Shown here piece after piece: positions 38,695-52,298 of a DNA stretch of 64,000 bases (position 1 is the stretch's first letter; each line of letters begins with the position of its first letter). The stretch spans positions 19,716,001-19,780,000 of the forward strand of contig NC_043005.1 of the NCBI RefSeq assembly GCF_006345805.1. Reading direction: 5' to 3'. A program made the translations under genes and the position numbers. The notes under the pieces were generated by a model, which saw only the letters and a list, made by a program, of their open reading frames with translations, was not told the origin of the DNA and ran no database searches. Source of the stretch: Octopus sinensis. Its lineage: Eukaryota.

Positions 38695-41014
38695 CATAGA
38701 GAGAGTCGTGTAGCCAACACACACACCGGTTATATTTCCTTTCAATTTTATTATCAATTCCTTATAAAATTATTTCATTAAGAAATTAATTGACTATTTG
38801 ATTTGTCTAAGTATTAATTAACCAATTAATTATCTAAATAACTGACAATAAATTCATGTGAAATACGACCAGTTCGTGTGCTTAATTGACAAAATGACCT
38901 CCCCAAATTGCAATGCTATTTGTCTTCACACACGATTTTACATCAACAATGTTGCAAAATATCTGAAAGTGTGTGTGAGAGAGCTTGCGTGTGGGGTGGG
39001 GAGCGGGATCTGTGCATATGTATATGTGGTTAAAGCCATCCCCTATATACATATATATGTACAGATATGTGAGTGTATGTGTGCCTGAGAGTGTGTGTGT
39101 GTGTATGTGTCTGTATGTATGTGTGTAATACTACGCTTCAGTCTTTGTTTGCTCAGACATGAAGTACACTTTACAGTAAGAGCTCACTCTATCAATAGAA
39201 GGGAAAAGACAATAAGTAAACTTTTCATTGAAGTGGCATTAAATGAAATGTTTCACTGAACTCGCTCTAACAATCGGCACACCAGCAACGCCACCACCAA
39301 ACCAACACCGCCACCCAAACATCACCACCACTATAACTATCCAACCACCAAATCACTGCCGCCACCATCACCAAACTGCGAATAAATAGTCTCCACGAAT
39401 GCTAGTGTTTATATCTGGTTAATTAAGCTGCATTTAAACAGCAGTTTGTTTTAGTGAACTAATCACTGCATACACCGGCTTCTTGCACTGATCGATGTGG
39501 TTGGTCAGTTTGCGAGAATCAAACACTCCAGCGGGTCTTATTACATTAAACAATTACATACGGAGATTTGCTCTTCCTTCTCCTCTTCTTCTATGGATTT
39601 CATTCGTGACATAGTTTCATGCAGCCTATCAACTTTGGCTGGCCATACTGGAGTGCCATCATCCTTCGTGATTATTGATAGCAGACTCCTTTTTTTTCTT
39701 CTTCTTCATTTTCCCCTACGCATTCGTGGGGGCAGAAGAGTTTTACAAAAATAGGCACATTAAGAAAAATGCAACCACTGCATATACATACATACATACA
39801 AACAGACAGACATGCATGCATACTCACACACATATACACACATACATGTATACATATATACATACATACATAACCTTATATACACACAGATATATCTTAT
39901 GTATATATACATACGTTATATATTTACACATACATATACGTATGTATACATAGTGTCAGTCAAAAATTGAATTGACTGTTCTCCCTCTCTCTCTCTCTCT
40001 CTTTCTCTTTCGAAATCTTTTACACAACACTGTAAATAGGTTGTAGGTCAACCACTCATGGGTCCTTTTCCTCTACATATATGGAAATCCTTGTACTTGT
40101 GACTAGTAACTTCTCATTTAGTATGATACGAAAACCGCCCAAACAAACCCAAGAAACATGGCAGCCGTATACAGGTTGCTCTGTTCTTCGACAGCACCGG
40201 ACGATAATGTAACAATCTAAGGCCCTAAAATAACAAAACAGATAAAAAGAAAAACTCTGACCGTACATTTTTGGCTTGCTAAGTAAACTTGTTACTGCCA
40301 GCTCTAGAATTTACAGCTTACCTTACCCTTATTTACCCTCAAACTGGCTATCTTTAACACAGTAAAGGTAAAAGAAAATTCTTGATACAAATTCAATGAC
40401 TCGACAAGGGTTATTGAATATTTTTGTTTCATTCAATAAATATATATATTTATGAAATGGAATCATCAGTGTGCATGTGTGTGACTCGGTCACCAAATGG
40501 GTCATGGCATTATAGAGTGTGGACCAGTTAATGGGGACATACAGTTATGCTCACACAGAATAGTTTAATTGCGAAGTTGTCCCCCGGAGAAAGGCTATTT
40601 TCCATAGCTATCACAGTACCTCTGAATCATGTGAAACTGGCGCGACCAAAGCTAAACTGCAGAGCTTTCCACTTTCTTGTAGAAGTATCCAACTTTCACT
40701 TGCAACTATCCTCCTCCTCTTCTTCATCATCATCATCATCGTCATTATCTCCTCCTCATCCGCATTCTCATCCTCAAACTACTACTACTACTACTACTAC
40801 TACTACAAATGCTACAGTTTTCTGTTCTCTGATTAATTGACGGGCGATATAGTTTGGATCGGTTAGTTTTTCCTTTCTGCCAAATGCTGTAATAATTAAC
40901 ATCTTTGCCCGGCATGTTTCTAACTTAGGGGTCTCTGTATTCCCTCCTTCACGTATATCGATTGCAACCAAAAATACCCTTTAACCTTCTGCTGCTTTCT
41001 TTGTTAGTGTCTTT

Positions 41015-41090
<76 letters not shown>

Positions 41091-41115
41091 TATCTCTCTC
41101 TCTCTCTCTCTCTCT

Positions 41116-41160
<45 letters not shown>

Positions 41161-42222
41161 TGATGTCACTCTTTCTTTCTTGTTTTTTTTTTCTTTCGCT
41201 CTCTTCTCCAAATTTTGTTTTATATTACTCCTTAAGTTCACTTATGATTTCTTACTCACACTCCCACAGTCTCTCTTTCTCGTTTTCTCTCTCTCTCTCT
41301 TTCTTTCTCTCTTTCACACACGCTACCCCATCCTCTTTTTTACCCGTTTCTTTCATTCTCTTTCTCTTTTTTCTTACTTTTTGTCCTTCTCACCTCTCTC
41401 TCCTTCTCTTCCTCTCTCCCCTCCTTCTCTTTCTATCTATAAATCACACTCACCTCTCTTTTAGCCATCAACACGCGCACACTACCCACTATCACTATCA
41501 CCACAAGCTAAACCCCCAGAACCCAGTACCCATACAAACACACCCAGCCATGCACAATGGGCCACCGCCATTTACAAACATAGCTACCATTACACGCAAG
41601 TGTCGCCATGATATTCCTTGTTTCACTTGCATACCACCACTATCATCAACAGCACTATCACACACACCACCAACAACAACCAGACGACTATTACAGACAA
41701 CCATCATCCCATAATCATAGTCGCCATCACGCCACCACCACGACTACCATAGCCATAAGCATAAGCTGCAACACTACGGCATCCCAAACAATTTCTTAAT
41801 TCTTCCTAATTTCCCAATACAACACTTTTATATAGTTAAGCAAACTAGAGGCTAAAATATACATAGTCACGGTACTTCTAGTCTAAATATACGTGCTTAA
41901 GCTAAGTATAAACTAGATATGTGTATTTAGACTAACTATATATATCATATGCGTTTTGTTAGACTAAAAATAGTCCAATGAAAGTAGCTAGGCTAAAAAT
42001 AGACTACAAATACTGTATCGCCTCACATATGAAATGGAGTGAGTTGAAAAGCTTCGATTAACTGAGATTATCCATGCGATCAATAGAAAAAACAAACCTT
42101 TTATGGGTGATTAAAATAGAAAAAATAAAAACGAGCAACGAAAATAACTCCAATAAGATCTGTTCAACGAAATTTTTGAATATATGTGTTTATGTAAGTC
42201 TGTGAGTTCATATACATAATAC

Positions 42223-42256
<34 letters not shown>

Positions 42257-42259
42257 ATG

Positions 42260-42324
<65 letters not shown>

Positions 42325-42456
42325 TACATACATATATATGTATTATATATACATACATATATATATATTATATATATAGATACATATATATATATATATA
42401 TATAATTGGTGCTAGAGTGAGCCATATAGTGACCACTCTCTTATATTTATTTTATT

Positions 42457-42498
<42 letters not shown>

Positions 42499-42543
42499 GC
42501 ATACATACATACATGTATTTATCTATACACACACACACTCACA

Positions 42544-42596
<53 letters not shown>

Positions 42597-42650
42597 CAAG
42601 CGCAGGCTTAGCTGTGTGGTAAGAAGCTTGCTTCCTAACCACATGATTCC

Positions 42651-42850
42651 GAAACCAATATCGACATCAAATGGAAAATCCTCTCTAAATCCAGACCCTT
42701 ATATTAACGGGTCTAAAAATTGATCTGTATGTTCTCTTGAAAAACTGTATCTATTAAAAAATTTGAGAACTTCCAACAAAGACATAATTTCGAGGGAAGA
42801 GATTTTTTCTGCATGTCCGCATTTCAAGTAACACATCTTGTAGAAATTTA
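42651..42850 (+). pseudogene. Penelope-like element, C-terminal end of GIY-YIG domain
   Basis: IDIKWKILSKSRP/YINGSKN*SVCSLEKLYLLK...SREEIFSACPH, aligning by eye to the end of the ORF at 1-430. Confidence 0.65.
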
Positions 42851-43079
42851 AAAGTAGACCACCACATCTGACAGCGAAATAAGTAACGTTGATTATCTCT
42901 CTTGTGCTCTTCTTTTTGTTTTCTTTACAAACGTCTCTTGTTTTCAGCGGAATAAACGGTGGGATAATTTATTATTTCGACCACAAAAGCCTGAGTAGCT
43001 GTAATTACAGGACTTGTGGTTTTTATTTTAAGATTATCTTAGCTAATCCAGTACTTTATATATATATATATATATATAA

Positions 43080-43500
43080 AGGGAAAATTTACGAAAATAA
43101 ACAAAAGACGAAGGCAGGTGGAGTACAAAACAAACAAATGTATTAGTGTAGCGTTCAGGAATAGAAAAAGTATTTTAGGTTTCGAGCCTACGCTCTTCGA
43201 CAGAAAGATACACAGAAAAAAAACAAGAAGAGAAACAAGGAGAGAAAAAATACGTGTAGTAGCTAACGATCTGTCATGGCGTCTTGACTTCGGACAATTG
43301 TCAGAAGCGCGAGGGACAGTAGGGGAGATAATAGGGTCAAGTGACTTCCAATACAAGTGTGCCCCCAACACAAAGGTGCGTGTGTGTATAAGAGAGTATG
43401 TATGTGCATGTGAAAGAGGGCTGGTGGTCTGGACGTGTGTGTGTATGTGTGGGTGTGGAGATGTAGGGATAGGTGTGTGGGTGGTGTGTTGTGATGTGAT
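43080..43500 (-). mobile_element. Family A element, copy 2, with HHR variant at 43171-43208
   Basis: Reverse strand TCTTT-CTGTCGA-A-GAGC-GTAG-GCTC-GAAA-CC-TA-AAATA; flanked by (TA)n. Confidence 0.75.
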
Positions 43501-43626
43501 ATATATATACTATATTATATATTATATATATATTTAATAATAATAAAGGGTAACATTAATTAATTAATAATTAATAATTTTACCAAGTAGTTCTGTATGT
43601 TAAAATAACCTTTATCGGTAACCTTG

Positions 43627-43910
43627 TACAAAAATTCTACAATTATAAGCATAATTATAATTAGGGTTCAGCAAATTGCTTCACCACATACCGAAATTTA
43701 GAAACAGCAGTTAAATACTATTTAACTTTGATCAATGCCGGGTGGATTCGTAATTTTTTCTCTACCTACGTGAATTGGGAGTATTGCAGTCTGGGAGATA
43801 TCTTATAGTAGAGGAATAGTAATTAACTGCTATTTCTAAAATTCGGTTTGTGGTGAAGCAATTTGCTGAACCCTAATTATAATTATACTTATAATTATAG
43901 AATTTTTGTA
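43627..43910. repeat. Fold-back element, arms of about 95 bp, in (TA)n
   Basis: About 43627-43722 is reverse complementary to about 43816-43910 with few mismatches. Confidence 0.85.
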
Positions 43911-43912
43911 TT

Positions 43913-43964
<52 letters not shown>

Positions 43965-43966
<2 letters not shown>

Positions 43967-45179
43967 GGGCCTGGACAAAATGATAGAAACCCCTAGCATC
44001 AGAGAATCATAATTTTCAAATATCTATAAAACCGTCAAAAGCTTATTTATTTTTATGTTTTTTGATTTATTATTAGTGTTGCTTAAAATGTTTTGCTAAA
44101 ATTGCTGTTTCTTTTCAGATATCATCAGAAAAATGTAATTAAAATTCATTGAAATGACAGATTTATCGGACTTTCAAAGAGGTCAAATTGTTGGTGTTCG
44201 TATGGAAGGCGCTAGCGTAACGAAAACAGCCAAAATGTTTTGTGTATCAATAAGTACTGTCTCGAAAGTAATGACAGCCTTTTAGAAAGATGGAAAAACC
44301 TTCTCGTCGAAACAAAACTCTGGAAGAAAACCAAAACTTTCAGATAGAGACTGTTGGAATCTTACGCGAATTGTTAGAAAGGATCACAAAAGCACACCTC
44401 CCAAAATTACTGCAGAACTTAATGACCACCTCCAGAACCCAGTTTCCACAAAACTGTTCGCAGCTGGATTTCATGGAAGGGCTGCAATGAGAAAACCACT
44501 TCTTTCAAAAACAAACGTGGCAAAGCGTTTAGAGTGGAGTAAAAACCTACAAAATTGGTCCCTAGAGTAGAGGAAGAATGTTATTTTCTCGGACGAGTCA
44601 TCCTTTACATTATTTCCGACTACCGGTCGAGTATGTGCTTGGAAACAGCCAAAAGAAGAATTTGACCCAGACTGTCTTCTTCCAACTCTTAAACATGGAG
44701 GAAGATCTGTGATGATCTGGTGGGCGGGCTATATCATGGAAATCCGCTGGCCCAATGGTTTCCCTTCATGGCAGAATTAATAATCAGGACTATTTAAGCA
44801 TTTTATCTGATCAAATTCATCCTATGGATGCGGAACTGTTTTCGGAGAGAAGTGCAATCTTTCAGGATGATAATGCTCCAATTCACACACTTAAAATTGT
44901 TACTGAATGGCACGTGGAACATTCTAGTGAAGTTGAACATCTTATCTGGCCAACACAGTCCCCAGAGCTCAATATCATTGAACATTTCTGGTGCATTTTA
45001 GAAAAACAAGAAAGGAGTCGATATCCTCCACCATAATCACTACAAGACTGGAGACTGTTTTAGCTAAAGAATGGACAAAAATTTGTACGAGTCCATACCT
45101 CGTAGAATTCAAGCTTACTGCCAAAGGCGGTCCTACTCCATATTAAAATAAATTTGTTCGAAAATTTAAGGTGTTTCCA
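43965..45179 (+). mobile_element. Tc1-like transposon with DD36E spacing, right TIR truncated
   Basis: MTDLSDFQRGQIVG, FSDESSF, QDDNAPIH...SPELNIIE with 36 residues between D and E; left TIR CAGGGCCTGGACAAAATGA. Confidence 0.9.
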
Positions 45180-45267
45180 AATCATAAATAAAAATCAAAA
45201 TATATTTTAAAACATATAACTAGATAACAAAAAGTACAAACATGAATGAACAATATATAAGTAAAAA

Positions 45268-45472
<205 letters not shown>

Positions 45473-45699
45473 TTATAAAATTATATAAAAGTACGTATCT
45501 AAATTATAATTAACTAATATAGCATTTAGAAATCCATATATTTTCAATCAATAAACATATAAATAATTAATTAAATTACTCCAGTATTACTTAAATAAAT
45601 ATTATACATACCATTCCGAAAATATTTATAAAATTAAAAATTAAAAATTCCAAAACTGTATAACTTATCGTTTATAGAATTGTTTGCAAAATAAAGAAC

Positions 45700-45754
<55 letters not shown>

Positions 45755-45864
45755 CATTATTATTATTATTATCATTATTATTATTATTATTATTATTATC
45801 ATTATTATTATTATTATTATTAATATTATAATTATTATTATTATTATTATTATAATTATTATTA

Positions 45865-45904
<40 letters not shown>

Positions 45905-46989
45905 TTATTATTATTATTATTATATTATTATTATTATTATTATTATTATCTTCATTATTAGTATTCTAGTTTTTATTGTTGTTGTTAAATTTAATAGTAC
46001 TAAAAATATAATAAAACCTTTACCTATACTAAAACATTTAAGTTCAGATATAATAATTATAAAATAATAATAATTAAATAAATGTACGTATCAAATTATC
46101 ATTAACAAATAAAAAAAATTAGAAAGTCATATTTATCAATCAATACTTATATAGATTACATTATTATTTTTAAATAAAATGTATACTTATCTCTCCAAAG
46201 ATGTATTATGAACTCTTTGAATTGTATAATAGTGGTTTTTCTCTAATTCATATATATATACACTTCCGAAAATAAATTTAAGACCGATGATAACAGTTCT
46301 ATTTCTTACAAAATGTTTTGTTACTAACACCATACAAATTATTTTTATCTTTTACACCTTATGCAGAATTTATTTCTCTTTCGAATGAGGCAGACGATAA
46401 CTATTTTTATACTGCTTGAAGAATTCTTCCTCTTCTTCTTCTTCTTCTTCTTCTTCTTCTTCTTCTTCTTCTTCTTCTTCTTCTTCTTCTTCTTCTCAAT
46501 CTCTTTTTTCTCTTCTTTTTCTCTTCCATCTACTTCGTTTTCTTTTCTCTTCCCCTCCTCCTCCCCCTTCGTCTTCTTCTCTTTTCTCCGCACACTTTCT
46601 TCTTCTTCGTCGTTCTTCTTCTTCTTCTTCTTCTTCTTCTTCTTCTTTCTTCTTCTTCTTCTTCTTCTTCTTCTTTCAACTTCAGTCACGCACGATGACA
46701 GCTGAACCGCATGTCTCGTTAATTATAGAGATTTTGTTATGCATTTTCCAATATGATGCTTTCGGAACCTAAATAGTGCCTGTGGTCTCTACCACTTGCG
46801 TGAATATTGAATTCGTTGCCGTTAACACCTTCATCTGCCGCGAAATCTAAATAAAAATGAAACCGTAAAATACTTCCGTATATGTGTCTATGCATGCATG
46901 TGTGTGTGTGCGTGTGTGTATGTGAGTGAGTGAGTGTGTGTGTGTGTGTGTTGTGTGTGTGTGTGTGTGCTCTCTTTTTCTTTTTAATT

Positions 46990-47265
46990 TAGACTTCATT
47001 CTGACTGGCCACTTGTTTGGTAGCAAGGTTATGAAGCTGAAAGTGTATCTTGGGTTGGAAACTCCTTATCAGTTGTCCAAAGCTGACCTCTTTCTCTTGT
47101 ATCTTTCCAACTACATTGGTGTCCAGAGGGCAGTTGATTTCCATGATAGAGCATGTCTTTCCCTTGTGGTCCCACACAAGAATATCAGGCCAGTCGCATT
47201 TTAACATCTTCGGATATATCGGTCTCAATATAGTCAATATCATGTTAGTGTTATCATTTTTGTTA
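46990..47265 (-). mobile_element. R4/Dong-like LINE endonuclease fragment abutting (CATA)-type repeats
   Basis: WPDILVWDHKGKTCSIMEINCPLDTNVVGKIQEKE, the PD-(D/E)xK-type motif. Confidence 0.8.
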
Positions 47266-47659
47266 TGTATGTATATTTGCATGTATGTATGTATAATCAA
47301 AGTGTATTAATTCAGTTGATGCGTACAACTAATGTTGAGAGCTCGCAGGCGATAAGCGAATTTCTATATTAACAGAACATTATTTTCGTATATTGTAACA
47401 AATAGTACAACATAACTTGTAGGAGTTCAGAATAAAACGAACGTAGAATTAGGACATAAAGGAAGATTTAGGACATGACAGCATCAAATACGAAAAAAAC
47501 TAACTCATACTCTGTTTAATAAAATGGGCTTCAACATACTTAAAGTATTGAGGCGTGAAATTTTAATTCCTTATAATTATATCCGTAATGATGCGAAGAA
47601 ACATTCTGTTCATAATTAATACAAGTCCAGAAAAGCAAGGAGGTAACACCGGAATAATA

Positions 47660-47935
47660 ATTAAGTTCACATTTTTACACTTCTATGCACATGTGTGTGT
47701 AGCGTGTGTTTGGTGCTTCACTATCCAAAGAAGAAAGTACCCAATATATCATTTGCACGTCCAAACACATTCTTTATTTTCTCTCCTTGTTTCTTTCTGT
47801 GTTCCTTTCTGTGCAAGAGTTGAGGCTCGAAACGTTAAAGACTTTTTAACTTCCCGAAGGTTATACTGATACATCTGTTTGTTGTCTACACCACCTGTCT
47901 TCGTCTTTTGTTTTTCTTTTTGTGAATTCTCCCTA
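47660..47935 (+). mobile_element. Family A element, copy 3, with decayed HHR variant at 47804-47841
   Basis: CCTTT-CTGTGCA-A-GAGT-TGAG-GCTC-GAAA-CG-TT-AAAGA, then CCACCTGTCTTCGTCTTTTGTT and (TA)n. Confidence 0.7.
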
Positions 47936-48167
47936 TATATATAGGTGTGTGTATATATATATATATGTATATATTTATATGTATATATATATATATACAT
48001 GTATATACGTGTGTATATACATATGTATATATATATATATATACACATATTGTGTTCGACGTTTTTGGGGTGTCCTGTACCCATATATGCATGTATATAT
48101 ACATGTAGAGGTAGGTACGTACATATATGTATGTATATATGCATATGTTTTGTATATATATATATAT

Positions 48168-48355
48168 ACGACGGGAATCTTTCAGCTTCCATCTACCAGA
48201 TCCACACACAAGGCTTTGGTTGACCCGATGCTATAGTAGAAGACAGCTGCCCAATGTGCACGCAGTGGGACTGAACCCAGAATCATGTGGTTTCTAAGCA
48301 AACTACTTACCACACAGTCACTCCTGCACCTATTCAGAGAGCCACTCCTGCGCCT
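48168..48355 (-). mobile_element. tRNA-derived SINE (family E), 5' half
   Basis: Homologous to 52137-52298. Confidence 0.85.
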
Positions 48356-48403
48356 ATAATATATATTTAAGAAACAAGTCAAAAATAATGGCCATTACCA
48401 ATT

Positions 48404-48527
48404 TGGCTTGCAGCTGTTTCAAGTAGTCATTATAGGAATATTAGTGATGAGTTTATTCAATTAGTCTACTGATCAATTAGGGCAAATCGAACAACCTAAG
48501 AAAATTAATGCTACTTCGCCAGATCCA
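48404..48527 (-). ncRNA. Degenerate hammerhead motif with long stem II
   Basis: Reverse strand TGGAT-CTGGCGA-AGTAGCATTA...TAATGACTACTT-GAAA-CAGCTG-CA-AGCCA; two core substitutions. Confidence 0.55.
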
Positions 48528-49596
48528 TTTCTGGTTATGCACACACACATACACACGTGTATATATATATATATATTATATATATATATATATATCTATA
48601 TATATATATATATATACGACATATGTGGGAAATTTGTCTGTGGGTGTGCTTGTGGAGTAGTTAGCTAACTCCTCCTACATCGTTTTGTTGAGTTTGACGA
48701 AACCTGACACGTGAGTAGAACTCATGTCTGGAAACCTCATGGCATACTCAGATTGTTGAAGAAATCGATAATAGGGCCCCTGGAAGGAATCCTTTTGTAT
48801 ATCTAATATACTTTATTTTAAAAGCCAAATGAAATAACCTATTCGCCCCAGGAAGTGATTCTTATATATAGCCAAGGGAACTAATCCATTCGTTTTCCTA
48901 AATTATTTGGTATAAATCAAATTGAGTAAGCTTCTTTCTTAGTATTTGAACTGTTAAAGTTATTTTCGTAATTTATCCAGTACAATCCTTAAACAAGTAA
49001 ATAGTATTTTCCTAAACAACAGGTCCACTTATTTCGGTTAGTGATTTATTCACGAATATACCAACACTAGCACACATGAGGGTAATATTCTCTGGGAATG
49101 CACAAAAGCAGTTTTCAGAGTTATTTACTTTGAATTGTTAATATCTCATATCCGATTAGCCTGTTATTACGTAACGTGCTTCACGATTTTAGTATACATA
49201 CATTATTAGTATTTCCTTCTATGTTCTATAAACTCTGGGAACGCATTAAAGGTCTTTTCTGGGCTACTTTATTTGAATTCTTGCTATCGGGTAACTAATT
49301 CCATGTTATTACATAACTGACTTCACAATTTGGCTATTCATAACTTATTGGGAATTTCTAAAAACAAGATAAATGCACAAAAACCGTTTTAAGGGCTACA
49401 TACTTTGTATTGTTATTATTGGATTGGCAAAACAATTATGAGAACGGAACCAAGGGATAAGCCCCGCTTTCCGAGAATTACTGAGTACGTCAGTACATAC
49501 TATATACATGTATATATGTGTGTACATATATATAATATATTATATATATATTATATAATATATTATATATATATATATATATATATACATATTTAC

Positions 49597-49912
49597 AATT
49601 ATTTAAAATTATAATTAGGGTATCTAAGAGATACATCCACGCTGGAAATAGCAGCCAAAACTTGACTCTAAAACCACATTAAATGTTCATACAGCACCAG
49701 GAGAGAAGACAAAGAGACAAAATAAACTAGCAAAAAAATTACTGGATAATTTTTGCTGGTTTATTTTGATGAAACTTGACACGTGAGTAGTCTCTTTGTC
49801 GTCTCTCCTGGTGCTGTATGAACATTTAATGTGGTTTTAGAGTCATGTTTTGGCTGCTATTTCCAGCGTGGAGGCATCTCTTAGATACCCTAAATTATAA
49901 TTTTAAATAATT
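49597..49912. mobile_element. Fold-back element, arms of about 122 bp, with the 3' half of a hammerhead
   Basis: 49597-49718 is reverse complementary to 49790-49912; the spacer holds an inner hairpin and GAAA-CTTGACACGTGAG-TA. Confidence 0.85.
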
Positions 49913-50029
49913 ATTACCTTTGAAAGATTTTTATTCCCATGCTGGCCACCTGATAAGATCGGTATTTTAAATATCGATCTTATCCTAATTTATATACATA
50001 TTTATACATATATATACATACACAACACA

Positions 50030-50080
<51 letters not shown>

Positions 50081-50087
<7 letters not shown>

Positions 50088-50971
50088 AAAGTAAATAAAT
50101 GGTACAACGAAGCACCGATATTACTGGAAAATAGCGAACGTAATAAAACGACGCTAATGTATAGCTTCACTGCATATGTACTAGTAAAGATGCGTGTGTG
50201 CAACAAACATGAAAAAAATTGTCTTACCTCTAGGAAGAACATCTGACGGATAACGGATAATGCAGTACCGGTTTCCGATTTTTCAAATACGATTGCCAAA
50301 CGTATTTTTCATTTTTCAGATGTTCTTCCTAGAGGTAAGACAATTTTTTTCATGTTTGTTGCACACACGCATCTTTACTAGTACATATGTAGTGAAGCTA
50401 TACATTAGCGTCGTATTTATTACGTTCGCTATTTTCCAATAAATATCGGTGCTTCGTTGCACCATTTATTTACTTTTATGTATAATTTTACCCTCACGGG
50501 CTATTCTTTACTGGAAAGCAATACTCTCGTATTGCATTACTATTTTCATTGAAACTTCTTCACTGTTCTCGTTCTGTTAACGTTTTGGCGTTCAGATGAG
50601 TGTACTGGCATAGATGTGGCAACTTTTGAAATATTGTTGAGGTTTATGCAGCTGATGAGGATAAATCAAATATGCGTTTGGCAATCGTATTTGAAAAATC
50701 CGAAACCGGTACCGCATTATCCGTTATCTAGGTTTTACATTTTTCAGATGTTCTTCCTAGAGGTAAGACAATTTTTTTCATGTTTGTTGCACACACGCAT
50801 CTTTACTAGTACATATGCAGTGAAGCTATACATTAGCGTCGTATTTATTATGTTCGCTATTTTCCAGTAAATATCGGTGCTTCGTTGTACCATTTATTTA
50901 CTTTTATGTATAATTTTACCTTCACGGGCTATTCTTTACTGGAAAGCAATACTCTCGTATTGCATTACTAT

Positions 50972-50977
<6 letters not shown>
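50081..50977 (+). mobile_element. Retrozyme-like element: inverted segment plus about 1.55 tandem copies of a 428-nt monomer, in (TA)n
   Basis: 50310-50549 repeats at 50738-50977 (offset 428); 50081-50305 is an inverted copy; no ORF. Confidence 0.88.
50646..50717 (+). ncRNA. Type I hammerhead ribozyme with intact core
   Basis: ATGCAG-CTGATGA-GGAT.aaa.TCAAATATG...CGTATTTGA.aaa.ATCC-GAAA-CCGG-TA-CCGCAT; the inverted copy reads CTGCAT, a perfect stem I; palindromic ACCGGT; GUA triplet. Confidence 0.88.
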
Positions 50978-51024
<47 letters not shown>

Positions 51025-51299
51025 AAATTAGGGCTAAATCGACGATCTTTTATGTTTCCTTTTTTCAAGAACAAATTCATACATTGGTGATGATGAACTG
51101 TTCACGGCGTTGGAAAGCATAATGACTGAAGGTATAGTTGACAAAAGTTTAGCTGACATGGAGAACTGAATGATAGCTGAATACTGAGAAAGAGTGTTAC
51201 CTGTATCATGATGAATCGTACCGGGTATCAACATTCTGACATTATCATTGCTGCTCAATGTTCCATGGGCACTCTAAAGGTTGTTTGACGTGATATGGA

Positions 51300-51870
51300 C
51301 AGCTGAAAAAAACAAATTTTCCCAAAACTGCGACGGTCTTTGGGTATGTTGGCAGTGAGGGTGATTTCATACCACTCCACATCGTTGAAAAGAGCTTCAG
51401 GCACTTTGAACAGCATGTTGAAGTGCTGAGCCCAATGTCGTTTTTCATCAGTTGATCTTAGTTGTGCTTGTCTGTTGGTTCTAGGACTCCAAAACCTTTT
51501 AAGATGTCTAAATCTGCTTTTGTAGTCTACCTATTACTCTCTCCAGTTTCATTCCTTCTCTGTTGTTGGCTTTCCAGAGTTGCACAGGTTTTCTTGTACG
51601 CTTCAGTTCTTGAGCAAGTGGTTCTGGAATTTAAGTCAAGATGAGCTTTGTTTCTTGTATCTGTCAATACATGGATTCTGCCATCATTTTCATCAAACTA
51701 ATCTCGATGTTTTCTTGTGCGTTTGCCTATGATATTCACATCTGATTTTAGTTGTATATCTTTTATACTTGACCACATCAAAAAGTCACATTCTACCAAT
51801 AGATCATTTCGTCTGATAGCCTCATAATCTTCTTGGTATCCTTTTTGACATTTGTTCATACATATCTGTA
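51300..51870 (-). mobile_element. RTE (BovB-type) LINE internal fragment
   Basis: IGKRTRKHRD*FDENDGRIH.L...RNKAHL and HWAQHFNML, matching the RTE linker WFDEND and RWxEHF motifs. Confidence 0.7.
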
Positions 51871-51879
51871 TACACATTA

Positions 51880-52083
51880 CTCTTTTACTTGTTTCAGTAA
51901 TTTGACTGCGGCCATGCTGGAGCACCGCCTTTAATCGAGCAAATCGACCCCGGGACTTATTCTTTGTAAGCCCAGTACTTTCGGTCTCTTTTGCCGAACC
52001 GCTAAGTGACGGGGACATAAACATACCAGCATCGGTTGTCAAGCAATGTTAGGGGGACAAACACAGACACACAAACATACACG

Positions 52084-52135
<52 letters not shown>

Positions 52136-52298
52136 TACGACGGGCTTCTTTCAGTTTCCGTCTACCAAATCCACTCACAAGGCTTTGGTCGGCCCGAGGC
52201 TATAGTAGAAGACACTTGCCCAAGGTGCCACGTAGTGGGACTGAACCCGGAACCATGTGGTTGGTAAACAAGCTACTTACCACACAGCCACTCCTGCG
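51880..52298 (-). mobile_element. tRNA-derived SINE (family E), near full length
   Basis: Reverse strand head CGCAGGAGTGGCTGTGTGGTAAG...GGTTCAGTCCC, then CACCTTGGGCAAGTG, internal microsatellite, tail GGCGGTGCTCCAGCATGGCCGCAG. Confidence 0.9.
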
